Below, in pieces: positions 20,301 to 27,326 of a stretch of DNA of 29,411 nucleotides. Numbering within the stretch: the stretch's first letter is position 1; each line of letters opens with the position of its first letter. This DNA is from Candidatus Thorarchaeota archaeon (GTDB lineage Archaea; Asgardarchaeota; Thorarchaeia; Thorarchaeales; Thorarchaeaceae): positions 1 to 29,411 of the forward strand of contig PRDI01000072.1 in assembly GCA_003345595.1 (NCBI GenBank), given 5' to 3'. The translations under genes were made by a program, and so were the position numbers. The notes beneath the pieces were generated by a model that had not been told where the DNA came from, ran no database searches, and saw only the letters and a program-made list of their open reading frames with translations.

Positions 20301-22132
20301 CGACAACGCTGCAGCTCGTTGGCGGCGCCCTGTCGGTCACTGTCATCTATGGCAACATGTTGGACGTCGTTGTGCAGTACAACGACACGTACTTCGGAGG
20401 CACGGTTGGCGGAGCTAACGTTTCCTTCGTATTGGCCGGCGTAACTGGACTACTTCAGGGACAGCCGGACGGCACGTACAGAGCACTGATCAACACGAGC
20501 TCATTGGCAGCTGAAAGCATCTATCTGCGAGTCTTCGCTTCAAAAGCGGGCTACGCGGCCACACAAAGGACATTCATAGCCAATGTCCTACCCCGACCCA
20601 CCGGAGCTACAATCAACATTCCGACGAGGGATGGATACTATGGTGACAACGTGTCATTCCTAGTTTACTTCAACGATACGTTGCGCAACACACCTATTTC
20701 GGGCGCAACAGCTTCCACGCACTGGGAGGGAGGAGTAGCCAATGTCATAGACTTGGGCAATGGCTCCTATCTCATTGAGGTGAAACTATCTCTAACGACC
20801 CCACGACTGTACGATTTCAGCATCGCGCTTGGAAAGAGCAACTACGAGTTCGCGCAGATTGAAGCGTATCTTGTCATCAAGCCAACACCTGCTGAGATAC
20901 AGGGGTTGACGACGCTTTCGGTACCAGTCAATGATACAGTATCTGTTGTATTCAATGTACTGAATGCTCTCAGCAGCCAATTCGTGACAGGCCTCAATGG
21001 TGCATCCTACTGGACTGGCGTGGGTACGTTTCCATTGCAGACAATGGCAAACGGTAGCTATTCAATGCAGATACCTGGCACGCTTCCGATCGGCGTGTAC
21101 GAGATTGATGTAGCCTTCGCTACTTCGGTCTATCAGATAGTCCCTCTCAGATTCAGCCTGAACGTGAGGACAGTGCTGACTGAGCTCCGAACACCGGATA
21201 CCACGTTAAGCACAGTTCCGGGTGCGACCATTATTGTGCCATTCAACTACATCGACCTGGACCACCATGTTGGCATCAGCGGAGTGACGCCGCTAGTCAC
21301 GATTGGCACAGGAAATGCGACATACTACCCACAGCTGACCAGCGAACCCAGCAACAACGGTAGCTACCTTCTGTACTTCACTGTGAATCGGGGTGGCACA
21401 TTCTACGTCACGGTCCAGTTCGCAAGAGGGCAATACGGCACTCAGACTATCCTCCTGACCATTCTATCTGACATATCTGGAGAGGAGGCGTTCCTCCAGA
21501 ATGTGAGGATCGTAGGAGGATCAGCCTTCATTCTTCTGGCGCTATTGGTCGTCGTCTATGTAAAGGTCCTAAGTGTACCCAAACAGATTCGCAGCATGAA
21601 CAGGATGATTAAAGATCTGAGGCGCGGCAAGATACCCAAACCGCCGTCTGCTCCTTCTAGGGCAGAAACTGTGTTGGACATCGTGAACAGCAATGTGAGC
21701 GATGTAAAGGTCTGGAAGGTTCTTGAGGACATTGCACCAGAGCCCATCTTGGTGGTGATACCCGAGGTCAACGAGCTCTTGGAGAAGTTGGCCAAGATAA
21801 CGGGGCTTGGAACACAGGAAGTCGAGGCCTTCAGAACAGACTTGGCACGGATGAAGCCTAGTGAGAGACCAGGCTTTCTCCGGGAGGTTATTGCTCAAGA
21901 AGAGGCGCGACGTGCCGAAGCCTTAGCGGCCGCGCCGGGCGTCAAGCCGCCGGAGAAAGTCGAGAAGGAAGTCCTAGGCACAAAGCCGACCGAACTAGAG
22001 GAACTTAGAGCCAAGCTTCAGAAGAAGGGCATGGCTCCTGAGGAAGTCGAACTCATCGTCGAGCAAGCCAAGACGCTATCTAAGGCAGACCTTCAGGCTT
22101 TGCTGGATAGCCTTGGCATTGAACTACGATAG
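14330..22132 (+). CDS. Giant type-I membrane surface glycoprotein B, full-length paralog of A lacking the NHL propeller
   Basis: 2600 aa with a signal peptide. Colinear motifs with A include ENRTW, TGHGTGNGA, LDNIxLYVK, RRAFxI and YVxVLSVPK. It has 17 Ig-like repeats, TM IVGGSAFILLALLVVVYV (21509-21562) and a 189-aa tail. Confidence 0.9.
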   Translation: MNHTRRIVPLIFLAIVLLVPVLSPTVLGSYSLAQTTGSPQNNDGSQTVDLGSGNTVRLDEGEELHRFVLTDQGWTEWTGVSSPLTGGEFGNSSNIFAGLAMKYLTTNVTTGTTASIPTGTGWQAYSTSASVTSLSENRTWTQNPDFKTAPSSSDWTLGVTNVAGSSTPTSVYNATGHGTGNGAIDLEVDSTSGSAPYYYDAGDLAWARQTMTIPRGTVVWAGLTLDYWADTRDDTHYGMTGSFSIYVIVEGTTIWETVFDEIDAEETWYNSGMSFVPTSVFNLPTDQAVAIEVGLWSKQSVGYTPDIGPRAKLDNIELYVKTRATPTNVNLKMNGVTVASGTGYGSGTVIQNPATPWTSNPVKLNFTWTPTPVNPVPNRTIAVEFDVNVNMFARRLNTLTVYDINPLAYGERFTIQNGSNANYITYFYADIPSGYPNRYFFNESLPLNRDVYFVGKPLAPSTNLTTGWTGGQVGSGYLNVSTYQVATEAGRYGYWRMQSSSTNMITDLTMYDPGDSNWKRTVNLRAGDSSRIRAFVGASYTGSIANITVFSPEGEKWYSVNATADGSGYATTPFLTFAGSNASAGSWMIQAATNNVGTSGKWTSTGFFRRAFTITHSSELLLEYPTDAVGTWTTNVTYGSLLLIIMKANDTDSSVLVAGGELTLNWAPGSDTFDDSGNGQYTKVVDTSLLNGAGRYAMTLQWTASSYDNANAVLYINVNYAATLESPQYPGVSGPVGSVGIFTVNFRNVNGTGITNGVIACNWSSSYTVTNLGLGSYRITVNTIGIALDEYPVNVTALAPFVNPQTMLMFVEVREVYNTVAYTANQLSIPVGESASFNVTWRDTDNNVPVTGWSSAISCNWTSLHSSGEQNFTVTEPSPGIYEVTVFTESDDPLTVGGKFYRVVFNVARYHYQNHTFTIDVEIRSHNTLFMLDEPIEQTPYNFNIVALVLFEDTDLAVGIDNTSGYVHIAVTSPGLSQLKFAITGSTFGTGHYNITIASNQWGSAGWKNLTISVSWTGGVAKYFGKTINTSVRVLGTDTDLYLEVAPTATYYLNNLTFTLVYWDVVNSTRISNSTGNVILAIVPITGGHPVTQNQFNVKESISTPGTYGFKLNSSLFQKCGTFFFRLDFMWKSGAPPLYENGTMEVTLIVLEQPTYADLSPVQSTAFGEIAVLNFTFVDSLRTSRIQNSSQLTVRLNEGSASYTKTYDSLTRTFSILINTTSLGGVGSFTLHLNLTWTGQPFYAAVTSKDFTVIVILRSTQLTHLSFLPPQYGSSASIEFIYTDLVAGSSAGMTGTLVLNATLAGHYSVTSLGNGHYRVTLDTSAFASDGRFTINATIVYTGSRFASNAAEFFSMTVLRRLTQLGYQSPDPTAYLENVSFTVTYSDDSTGLGISGATVSLSCSNSSESLLLNVNYWIIYLGSGKYQILVNASSLGVPASYVLNVTTSRTGTPFYMPASRNVNSIVTQRATQILITQTPSDTPFRENVTFRFRFFDYISGSAIAINKNQITLMHGSSSEIYASNYSLTNYGTYYEISFNSTVLDSVQLVTSRQITLSIDASAGVPYYASRTSTTYVTTIQRPTQILFPLVQETAFADNMTLLFDYIDYISGEGIEGADVALASTNLTTPVFYMVELGDGSYEVLVPSQQFGSLGTVYFTLTVNKTGIPHHYADRTAANVPAAIRAILTTLQADVPAAGTRPIGDPFVVNVTLSDFDHSIRVSGATITCDWTARYGKTATIQEIGSGVYRITLNTTGLVAQPYLFTVQAQKTFYQISNISVVAQPGSSAVQISLDSSTYYADWGEEVTIRMTVRETYYFSLVPGMNATLLWNGSVYQFSDLGNGTYVLMLETGNADYGYHEPKVSVSRTYYQTREQTFGLVVSRAAGQILVSRAAGETLPGMSAYDVVLGTSGTFIVYLNDTTNGQPVIADNATIDWNNQVYSLVYNGTPGFYLANVDVTGLAIGQYEAVMRAFETNHVFLDYVHYINVVPVPTTLQLVGGALSVTVIYGNMLDVVVQYNDTYFGGTVGGANVSFVLAGVTGLLQGQPDGTYRALINTSSLAAESIYLRVFASKAGYAATQRTFIANVLPRPTGATINIPTRDGYYGDNVSFLVYFNDTLRNTPISGATASTHWEGGVANVIDLGNGSYLIEVKLSLTTPRLYDFSIALGKSNYEFAQIEAYLVIKPTPAEIQGLTTLSVPVNDTVSVVFNVLNALSSQFVTGLNGASYWTGVGTFPLQTMANGSYSMQIPGTLPIGVYEIDVAFATSVYQIVPLRFSLNVRTVLTELRTPDTTLSTVPGATIIVPFNYIDLDHHVGISGVTPLVTIGTGNATYYPQLTSEPSNNGSYLLYFTVNRGGTFYVTVQFARGQYGTQTILLTILSDISGEEAFLQNVRIVGGSAFILLALLVVVYVKVLSVPKQIRSMNRMIKDLRRGKIPKPPSAPSRAETVLDIVNSNVSDVKVWKVLEDIAPEPILVVIPEVNELLEKLAKITGLGTQEVEAFRTDLARMKPSERPGFLREVIAQEEARRAEALAAAPGVKPPEKVEKEVLGTKPTELEELRAKLQKKGMAPEEVELIVEQAKTLSKADLQALLDSLGIELR
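16175..21476 (+). repeat. 17 tandem Ig-like beta-sandwich repeats (protein B stalk)
   Basis: Same repeat consensus as in A. By eye, repeat n of B matches repeat n of A. Confidence 0.75.
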
Positions 22133-22162
22133 GGCTGGGTCCTAGACAGCAAGACCTGCCGC

Positions 22163-23197
22163 CTAGGGCTCACGCTTCCCGTAGGTCTTCTCAACCTCTT
22201 TGAGTATGTCGGAATGGGTTTCGAAATACTTCCTGGCCGGCTCCAGCATTTCAACCAAAGCTGATATAACCGACTGCTTCACATCATCGGGATGGAGCTT
22301 ATTCTCGGCGTAGGCCTTCTCGAACTCACGTGCCGATGTGAACTCGGCATCGCCTCCAAACTTCTCTTTCCGACGAACGGTGAACTTGCCGTATCTTGGG
22401 AGAAGGATTAGGCTCACTGTGGAAGCGATGGCGTTCTGCTCCAGCACGCCGGCAGGACAGTAGGCTTTGGTTATTGCCGTCTTGATCATCTCGGGGCTGT
22501 CGGTCACTCTGATATGTGACAGGGGGTCGCTTGCGGACATCTTGGATCCCCCACCCTTCAGTGAGGGAAGCAGAGGCATGAAGATGTAGATTCCTTTCTG
22601 AAAGTCGAGTTCCTCAAGAAACTCGCGCCCGAGCATGTAGATGTTCCTCTGATCTCTGCCGCCCACAGTGACATCTGCTTGGAGGTACTTGACATCAAGG
22701 ATCTGCAGTATGGGGTACAAGAGTTCTGACACCTTTGGCTCGTCTTTCATCCTCACGACTTCGCTCGCTGCGCGAGTTGCCCTTGTCGTTGTCACCATTG
22801 CTGAGAGCTTGTAGACATCCTCGATGTATTCTCGCTTAGCTTGGTAGCTCGAACCTCTGACGAACTTCATCTTCTTGGCGTATGGTCCCAAGACAGCTTT
22901 CATGCACTCCTCGTAGTAGGTTGAGCGCACGTCCATCAGCTCAAACGAAGTCTTTTGACTATCCAAGTGGGCGTGATAATCAGCCACCAGAATTGTGCCC
23001 TTTCCGCCGAGGTTCGTGAGATCAATCAGCTTGTTCAGAGGAATCATATATGCAAAGTGGAAGGGTCCGGTTGGAGCAGTCCCGTAGTAGAAGTTGAAGC
23101 TCGGTTTCGCAAGGACTGCCTTCAGTTCATCTGGCGTTACGATTTCTTCGCTGTTGTTCGCGGCCTTGTTGAACCGCTGTTCATCTGGCCCACTCAT
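22163..23197 (-). CDS. tyrS: Tyrosine--tRNA ligase (archaeal/eukaryotic type)
   Basis: YYGTAPTGPFHFAY (HIGH-equivalent), ADYHAHLD, LLYPILQILD, GGRDQR, KMSAS, AYCP and LHPDDVK. ATG 23197 is preferred over GTG 23206 because that GTG lies inside the GGTGA SD 5 nt upstream of the ATG. Confidence 0.96.
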   Translation of the reverse strand: MSGPDEQRFNKAANNSEEIVTPDELKAVLAKPSFNFYYGTAPTGPFHFAYMIPLNKLIDLTNLGGKGTILVADYHAHLDSQKTSFELMDVRSTYYEECMKAVLGPYAKKMKFVRGSSYQAKREYIEDVYKLSAMVTTTRATRAASEVVRMKDEPKVSELLYPILQILDVKYLQADVTVGGRDQRNIYMLGREFLEELDFQKGIYIFMPLLPSLKGGGSKMSASDPLSHIRVTDSPEMIKTAITKAYCPAGVLEQNAIASTVSLILLPRYGKFTVRRKEKFGGDAEFTSAREFEKAYAENKLHPDDVKQSVISALVEMLEPARKYFETHSDILKEVEKTYGKREP

Positions 23198-23286
23198 TGT
23201 CGTCACCTTTTTGGTGAGCTACCAGGCTCTTGATGGAAAACAGCCGAGGCCCGGCCTCACCAGCGCAGGGCAACTCCATTCTTGTT

Positions 23287-24327
23287 TTAAGGTTGGTGGG
23301 CAGTCAGCTGAGCGGAACTTTGTTTCGCACGATTCAACAGTCTAAGCGCCACAAAACCAACGACAACACTGAACCACAGTGTCACGAACCGGATTAGAAT
23401 CGTGGCGGCACTCGCGGCAGCATTGGTGAAACTCAGCAGACCCATCATGAGAAGCACAGAGGTCGCCTCATAGGTCCCGAGACCCCCGGGAAGGAACGTC
23501 ACTGCACCAATAACAGAAGATGCAGAATGGATGAACGTCGCGTCGACCAGAAGCATGAATGACACCCAAGAGAGAGTCGGTAGGCCAGCTCCCGACATGA
23601 TACTCAGAAGAATCCAGAGCTCCAAACACTCCATGAACCATCCAGGCATGCTTATCATTGTGCTGATAATCATCGCCCGAGGACACAGCGTCTTTGTCAT
23701 CGTGTCCTCAATCAAGTCACAGCTTTCACCGAATCTCTTGAGAGGGCCGACGGACGTGAGCCGCTTCAGGACCTTGTTGTATAGCTCCTTGCGTCCCAGG
23801 ACGATGGCACCAACCAGAACAAGACCGCCCAGCATGATGACAGTGAACAGAGCATCGCTGGTGCTGATACCTATGCTGAAACCCAGTATCGCGAGCAATA
23901 CCATGGCAAGCAAGTCCGTGACACGTTCGGATACAACTACCGGAGCAGTCTTGGCCACAGGCGTTCCGTCAATCTCGTAGATGAAGTAGCCCTTCACGGC
24001 TTCGCCAATCTTCGCCGGCGTGACTGTCAGTGTGAATCCAGCCAGGAAGACTCTGAAGCTCACACTATGCCCAAGCTGCACGCCGATTCGGTTCAAGTAG
24101 AACTGCCACTTTGCATAGCGAATCAGATAGTTCAGAAAAGACAGACCTATCATCACTGCGAGCACCCAAAGGGGGACTGTCGCAAGTGCTGCTGCAATGT
24201 CATCCACTCTGGCGTATAGCCCAATGAGCGCGTACACTAATGTTCCGAGTATGACAAAAACAACAACTCTGCGGAAACTGATAAGGGAACTCTTCGCCTC
24301 TGGAGCGGCACATTCATCCTGAGTCAA
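23287..24327 (-). CDS. UPF0104 / lysylphosphatidylglycerol-synthase TM-domain protein (putative lipid-linked sugar flippase)
   Basis: Multi-pass hydrophobic protein with family motifs R..KW..YL, TPAKIGE, ERVTD, PGGLGTYE and IRFVTLW. The TTG start overlaps the PHP stop (TTGA). Confidence 0.85.
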   Translation of the reverse strand: MTQDECAAPEAKSSLISFRRVVVFVILGTLVYALIGLYARVDDIAAALATVPLWVLAVMIGLSFLNYLIRYAKWQFYLNRIGVQLGHSVSFRVFLAGFTLTVTPAKIGEAVKGYFIYEIDGTPVAKTAPVVVSERVTDLLAMVLLAILGFSIGISTSDALFTVIMLGGLVLVGAIVLGRKELYNKVLKRLTSVGPLKRFGESCDLIEDTMTKTLCPRAMIISTMISMPGWFMECLELWILLSIMSGAGLPTLSWVSFMLLVDATFIHSASSVIGAVTFLPGGLGTYEATSVLLMMGLLSFTNAAASAATILIRFVTLWFSVVVGFVALRLLNRAKQSSAQLTAHQP

Positions 24328-24995
24328 TAGACAAGCCTCCTAGCCCTCTGCCAAATCATTGTTGGAGCCTGCCATAGCACGAATGAGCAATGGCCGGTTA
24401 TCTGTGTCCTTCCGCGCCTAAGAGCTTCGTAGACATCATCGACGGTCTCGATGTCTTGAAACCAGGTCTTTGCATGTCCGAGTTCAAGGAAGGAGTGCGC
24501 GTCGCTTCCCGCAGTCATGGGTTTTCCAAGGCGTTTTGCCAGACGTTTCGCCCAAGTGTTGAAGAGGTTGATGGCGCACCTTGAGTTGATGCCTTCCACA
24601 AGATCGATGTGACGTACAATTAGAGACTCTGGCAAATGCCTCCTGACTGCTGACTCCCTTCTGAACAAGTCCCTAGGGTGGGGCAACACCGCAATAGCGT
24701 TCTGGTCTCTGATGTTTTCGGCGATCTCAGCGAAGGACTGCTTGGGTATCGGCTCGGTGACGAATAACCCGATAATCTCTCCATAGTCCGTTGACATAAA
24801 CTCGCAGCTATTGATAAGGAAACGACCATCATGCACGACAGGTCGAAGAAAGGATGGAGCCTTGTGTTCAGTGATTGCCATTCCTGTCAGTTCTCTTCGC
24901 TTCATCCACTTGAACACAGACTTGGGGTTCATGAGCCCGTCTTTGGAGTGGATTGTGTGAGTGTGAAGGTCAAATGCGGAGAGCCGGTCGTTCAA
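24324..24995 (-). CDS. PHP-domain metal-dependent phosphoesterase
   Basis: DLHTHTIHSKDG, AITEH, E, PHP, EGIN and GSDAH motifs. Confidence 0.9.
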   Translation of the reverse strand: MNDRLSAFDLHTHTIHSKDGLMNPKSVFKWMKRRELTGMAITEHKAPSFLRPVVHDGRFLINSCEFMSTDYGEIIGLFVTEPIPKQSFAEIAENIRDQNAIAVLPHPRDLFRRESAVRRHLPESLIVRHIDLVEGINSRCAINLFNTWAKRLAKRLGKPMTAGSDAHSFLELGHAKTWFQDIETVDDVYEALRRGRTQITGHCSFVLWQAPTMIWQRARRLVY

Positions 24996-25004
24996 TGTTC
25001 ACAC

Positions 25005-25982
25005 CTACGGAGGTGGCGTCAATGGGAACAGGGGCGGGAACAAGGCCATGAAGAACTCCATCACAGGTTGCCAGAAGAACAGCGTCCATATGAGAACGAG
25101 GCCGAAGAGAACCAACCCGGCCAACATCACATTGTCTTTCAACGCTAGATGTGGCTTTCTGCCAATCGGAGAACCAGACTCTAGGAGGTAGACATACCTC
25201 ATCACAATGCCAGCCACAATCGGCACGGTCATCATCACAGGCTGAGTGTTCATCACGTCTCTGAAGTTCTCATAGCAATATAGGGCGTAGAACATCACGA
25301 CCCAGGTGGCGGCCATCGTGATACCATGATTGAGCATGTCATCTGTATATTCCCAGAAGACGGCCTTGTGTTGCGGAGCAAGGTCTCCAAGGAGCTGTAG
25401 TTCATTCTTTCTCTTCCCGAAGCCCAAGACCAAAGCAACGAAGAACACGCCTATCACCAGCCATGAGGTGAATGGGACATGTATTAGGAATGTGCCAGCA
25501 ATCGCCCTGACAATGAAGCCGACGGCAATCGTGACCACATCAATGACGGCCTTATTCCGGAGATAGAAGTTGTAGGCCTGTGAGTTGATGATATAGAGTA
25601 ACACGAGCATGAAGAACACGCCATTGAGCACATAAGCCGACACCAGCCCAACCGCTAACAGCACTAGGGCAAGAGTCACAGCTTTGCCCTTGCTTGCGCG
25701 TCCCGACGGCAATGGTCTGTTCCTCTTCTCGGGGTGAGCGGCATCCTTCTCCAAATCCTGCACATCATTCAGGACGTATCCAGCACTGGATACCGCACAG
25801 AATACTAGGAAGCCTAGGATAAGAGGTGGGTAGTACTTCCAGAAATTGAAGATGGCTGGCAGCGTTTCCCAAGGCCACTGCTTCGGGATCTCCACGAAGA
25901 CTATGGCAACGAAGACGAGCAGATTCTTGTACCACTGGTAAGGGCGCATGAGTTGGACGTAGTCGCGGATAGCCATCTTCAA
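25005..25982 (-). CDS. UbiA-family prenyltransferase, decaprenyl-phosphate phosphoribosyltransferase (Rv3806c-like) subfamily
   Basis: RPYQWYKN, YVLNDVQDLEKDAAHPEKRNRPLPSG, IDVVTIAVGFIVRAIAG and GKRKNEL motifs with many TM helices. Start is TTG 25982 or ATG 25976. Confidence 0.85.
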   Translation of the reverse strand: MKMAIRDYVQLMRPYQWYKNLLVFVAIVFVEIPKQWPWETLPAIFNFWKYYPPLILGFLVFCAVSSAGYVLNDVQDLEKDAAHPEKRNRPLPSGRASKGKAVTLALVLLAVGLVSAYVLNGVFFMLVLLYIINSQAYNFYLRNKAVIDVVTIAVGFIVRAIAGTFLIHVPFTSWLVIGVFFVALVLGFGKRKNELQLLGDLAPQHKAVFWEYTDDMLNHGITMAATWVVMFYALYCYENFRDVMNTQPVMMTVPIVAGIVMRYVYLLESGSPIGRKPHLALKDNVMLAGLVLFGLVLIWTLFFWQPVMEFFMALFPPLFPLTPPP

Positions 25983-25997
25983 TCAATCCTCATTCTG

Positions 25998-27077
25998 TCA
26001 GCCGGAATATGACTTCCATAGCTCGCCCCATTCGGTTTCCTCAAGGAACCATCGCACCCACTTTCTTCCTCGGAGGGGTAACCAGATTCCATCATGATAG
26101 AATCCAGAGAGTTGCGCTGGGAGCCACATCAGAGGAGACCGGAACAAGAATGTTTCCATGCCCGGGAACTTGAGAAAGCCCCTGTTCCAGGCAATCACTG
26201 GACTCTTGCCAGGCTTCAGATGGAAATTCGGCAGGTCCTCCCACGAATCGAAATCACCCACAATCTCGATCCTGTCGGGGTTGCACTCTCCAAGTCCTAG
26301 CTCGTTGGCGATTCTGAGCTTGTGCACCAGACTCTGGTCGATGCCCATCAGTCTCGTTTGGACAGTGTCAGCCGCTACCATGTCATGAGTAGCCAAAAGC
26401 ACGTTACCTATCTTGGGTACCATTGTGCGTGGTCCTGCACCGTCGCCGAGCACTGTTCCGTCAGTGACGACAAACTCAGAGTTGGATATCGTCTTCTGGA
26501 TGAGCAGCAGGTCCACAAGAACCTCGTGAATCTTCAGGTGAGCGAGGTGCCTCTTCTTGGTTAGATAGAGACCAAATGAGTCCTTCATTGCACCGGTCAT
26601 CTGTGTGTGGCCGTGGGTCTTGATCGTCGGCAGATGTATGATGTTGGTCCGGAATATCTCTCGGGGTGCAACGACCTCGCCAAAGATGTCCTCAAGAACA
26701 AGTGTTCTCCTGGGAAGCTTGACGTCGACGTAGTGCGCCTTGATGAGAGGCAGAAACCGCACCTTGTGCTTCTTCATCACTGGGTACCAGTTGTTCCCTC
26801 GCGCGCCGGCATAGATGTTGGTTACAACGGTCTCATTCTCGACGGCCTGTATCTTGCGGGCTTCAAATCCGTCACTGATCAGCTTCGTCAGGACGCCATC
26901 GAGTATGTACGGATTCGTAGAGCAGGCCGGATAGAACTTACTCCATGAGAGATTGAGCTTGACAGTAGTGACAAGATCCCTGGACACGTGCCGCCTGTAC
27001 TCAGCGAGGTCCATCACCCGGGCCACATCGCTGAGCACCGTCTTCGGAGATGTCCTGACCACTGCCACCTTTGTCAT
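25998..27077 (-). CDS. DUF362 domain-containing protein
   Basis: VKLN, TNP, LPTIKTH...TGAMKDSFG, DG...GAGP, DMVAAD and GLGE motifs, with no C-terminal ferredoxin Cys motif. ATG 27077 is preferred because GGGTG lies upstream. Confidence 0.82.
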   Translation of the reverse strand: MTKVAVVRTSPKTVLSDVARVMDLAEYRRHVSRDLVTTVKLNLSWSKFYPACSTNPYILDGVLTKLISDGFEARKIQAVENETVVTNIYAGARGNNWYPVMKKHKVRFLPLIKAHYVDVKLPRRTLVLEDIFGEVVAPREIFRTNIIHLPTIKTHGHTQMTGAMKDSFGLYLTKKRHLAHLKIHEVLVDLLLIQKTISNSEFVVTDGTVLGDGAGPRTMVPKIGNVLLATHDMVAADTVQTRLMGIDQSLVHKLRIANELGLGECNPDRIEIVGDFDSWEDLPNFHLKPGKSPVIAWNRGFLKFPGMETFLFRSPLMWLPAQLSGFYHDGIWLPLRGRKWVRWFLEETEWGELWKSYSG

Positions 27078-27325
27078 TGGCTGCACCCGTCTCGCTGTGA
27101 GCAAGTCCCTCTATTCAATCTTGCCGGCCAGTGCCAAGCCCGGTCATAGGCCTTATCAAGTTGCCCACATGACAATATCGGTACTAGGCAACTCAGCCCA
27201 CTGAGAAGGCCAAAACCGGGAATACTCCATGAAGGAGCGGCCGTTGAGAACTCTGAGAATGTGGCACGTAGCGACTCAACCCCCATCTTCCTGATGCTTC
27301 TTCTCAGATCAGTCAATGTTAGCAC
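27074..27325 (-). CDS. Possible small hypothetical protein (83 aa)
   Basis: It fills the PPP-DUF362 gap exactly: GTG 1 nt after the PPP stop and an ATGA overlap with the DUF362 start. No recognisable motif. Confidence 0.25.
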   Translation of the reverse strand: MLTLTDLRRSIRKMGVESLRATFSEFSTAAPSWSIPGFGLLSGLSCLVPILSCGQLDKAYDRAWHWPARLNRGTCSQRDGCSQ

Positions 27326-27326
27326 A

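Noticed and set aside
5507-21898. Many 60-138-aa ORFs overlapping the giant genes
   Set aside because: Shadow or alternate-frame ORFs without recognisable protein features.
5667-22132. Diversity-generating retroelement or recombinational antigenic variation between the paralogs
   Set aside because: No reverse transcriptase or recombinase, and no near-identical DNA repeat with adenine-specific mismatches was seen.
23207-23286. T-box riboswitch upstream of tyrS (UGGU occurs twice)
   Set aside because: Too short for Stem I, no UAC/UAU specifier and no UGGNACC consensus.
27173-27181. CAATATCGG matching one half of the PadR operator
   Set aside because: The second half-site is absent; probably chance.
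27229-27294. Possible C/D box sRNA (ATGAAGG...CTGA...CTGA)
   Set aside because: Poor C and C' boxes, and guide spacings (about 17 and 26 nt) are atypical.
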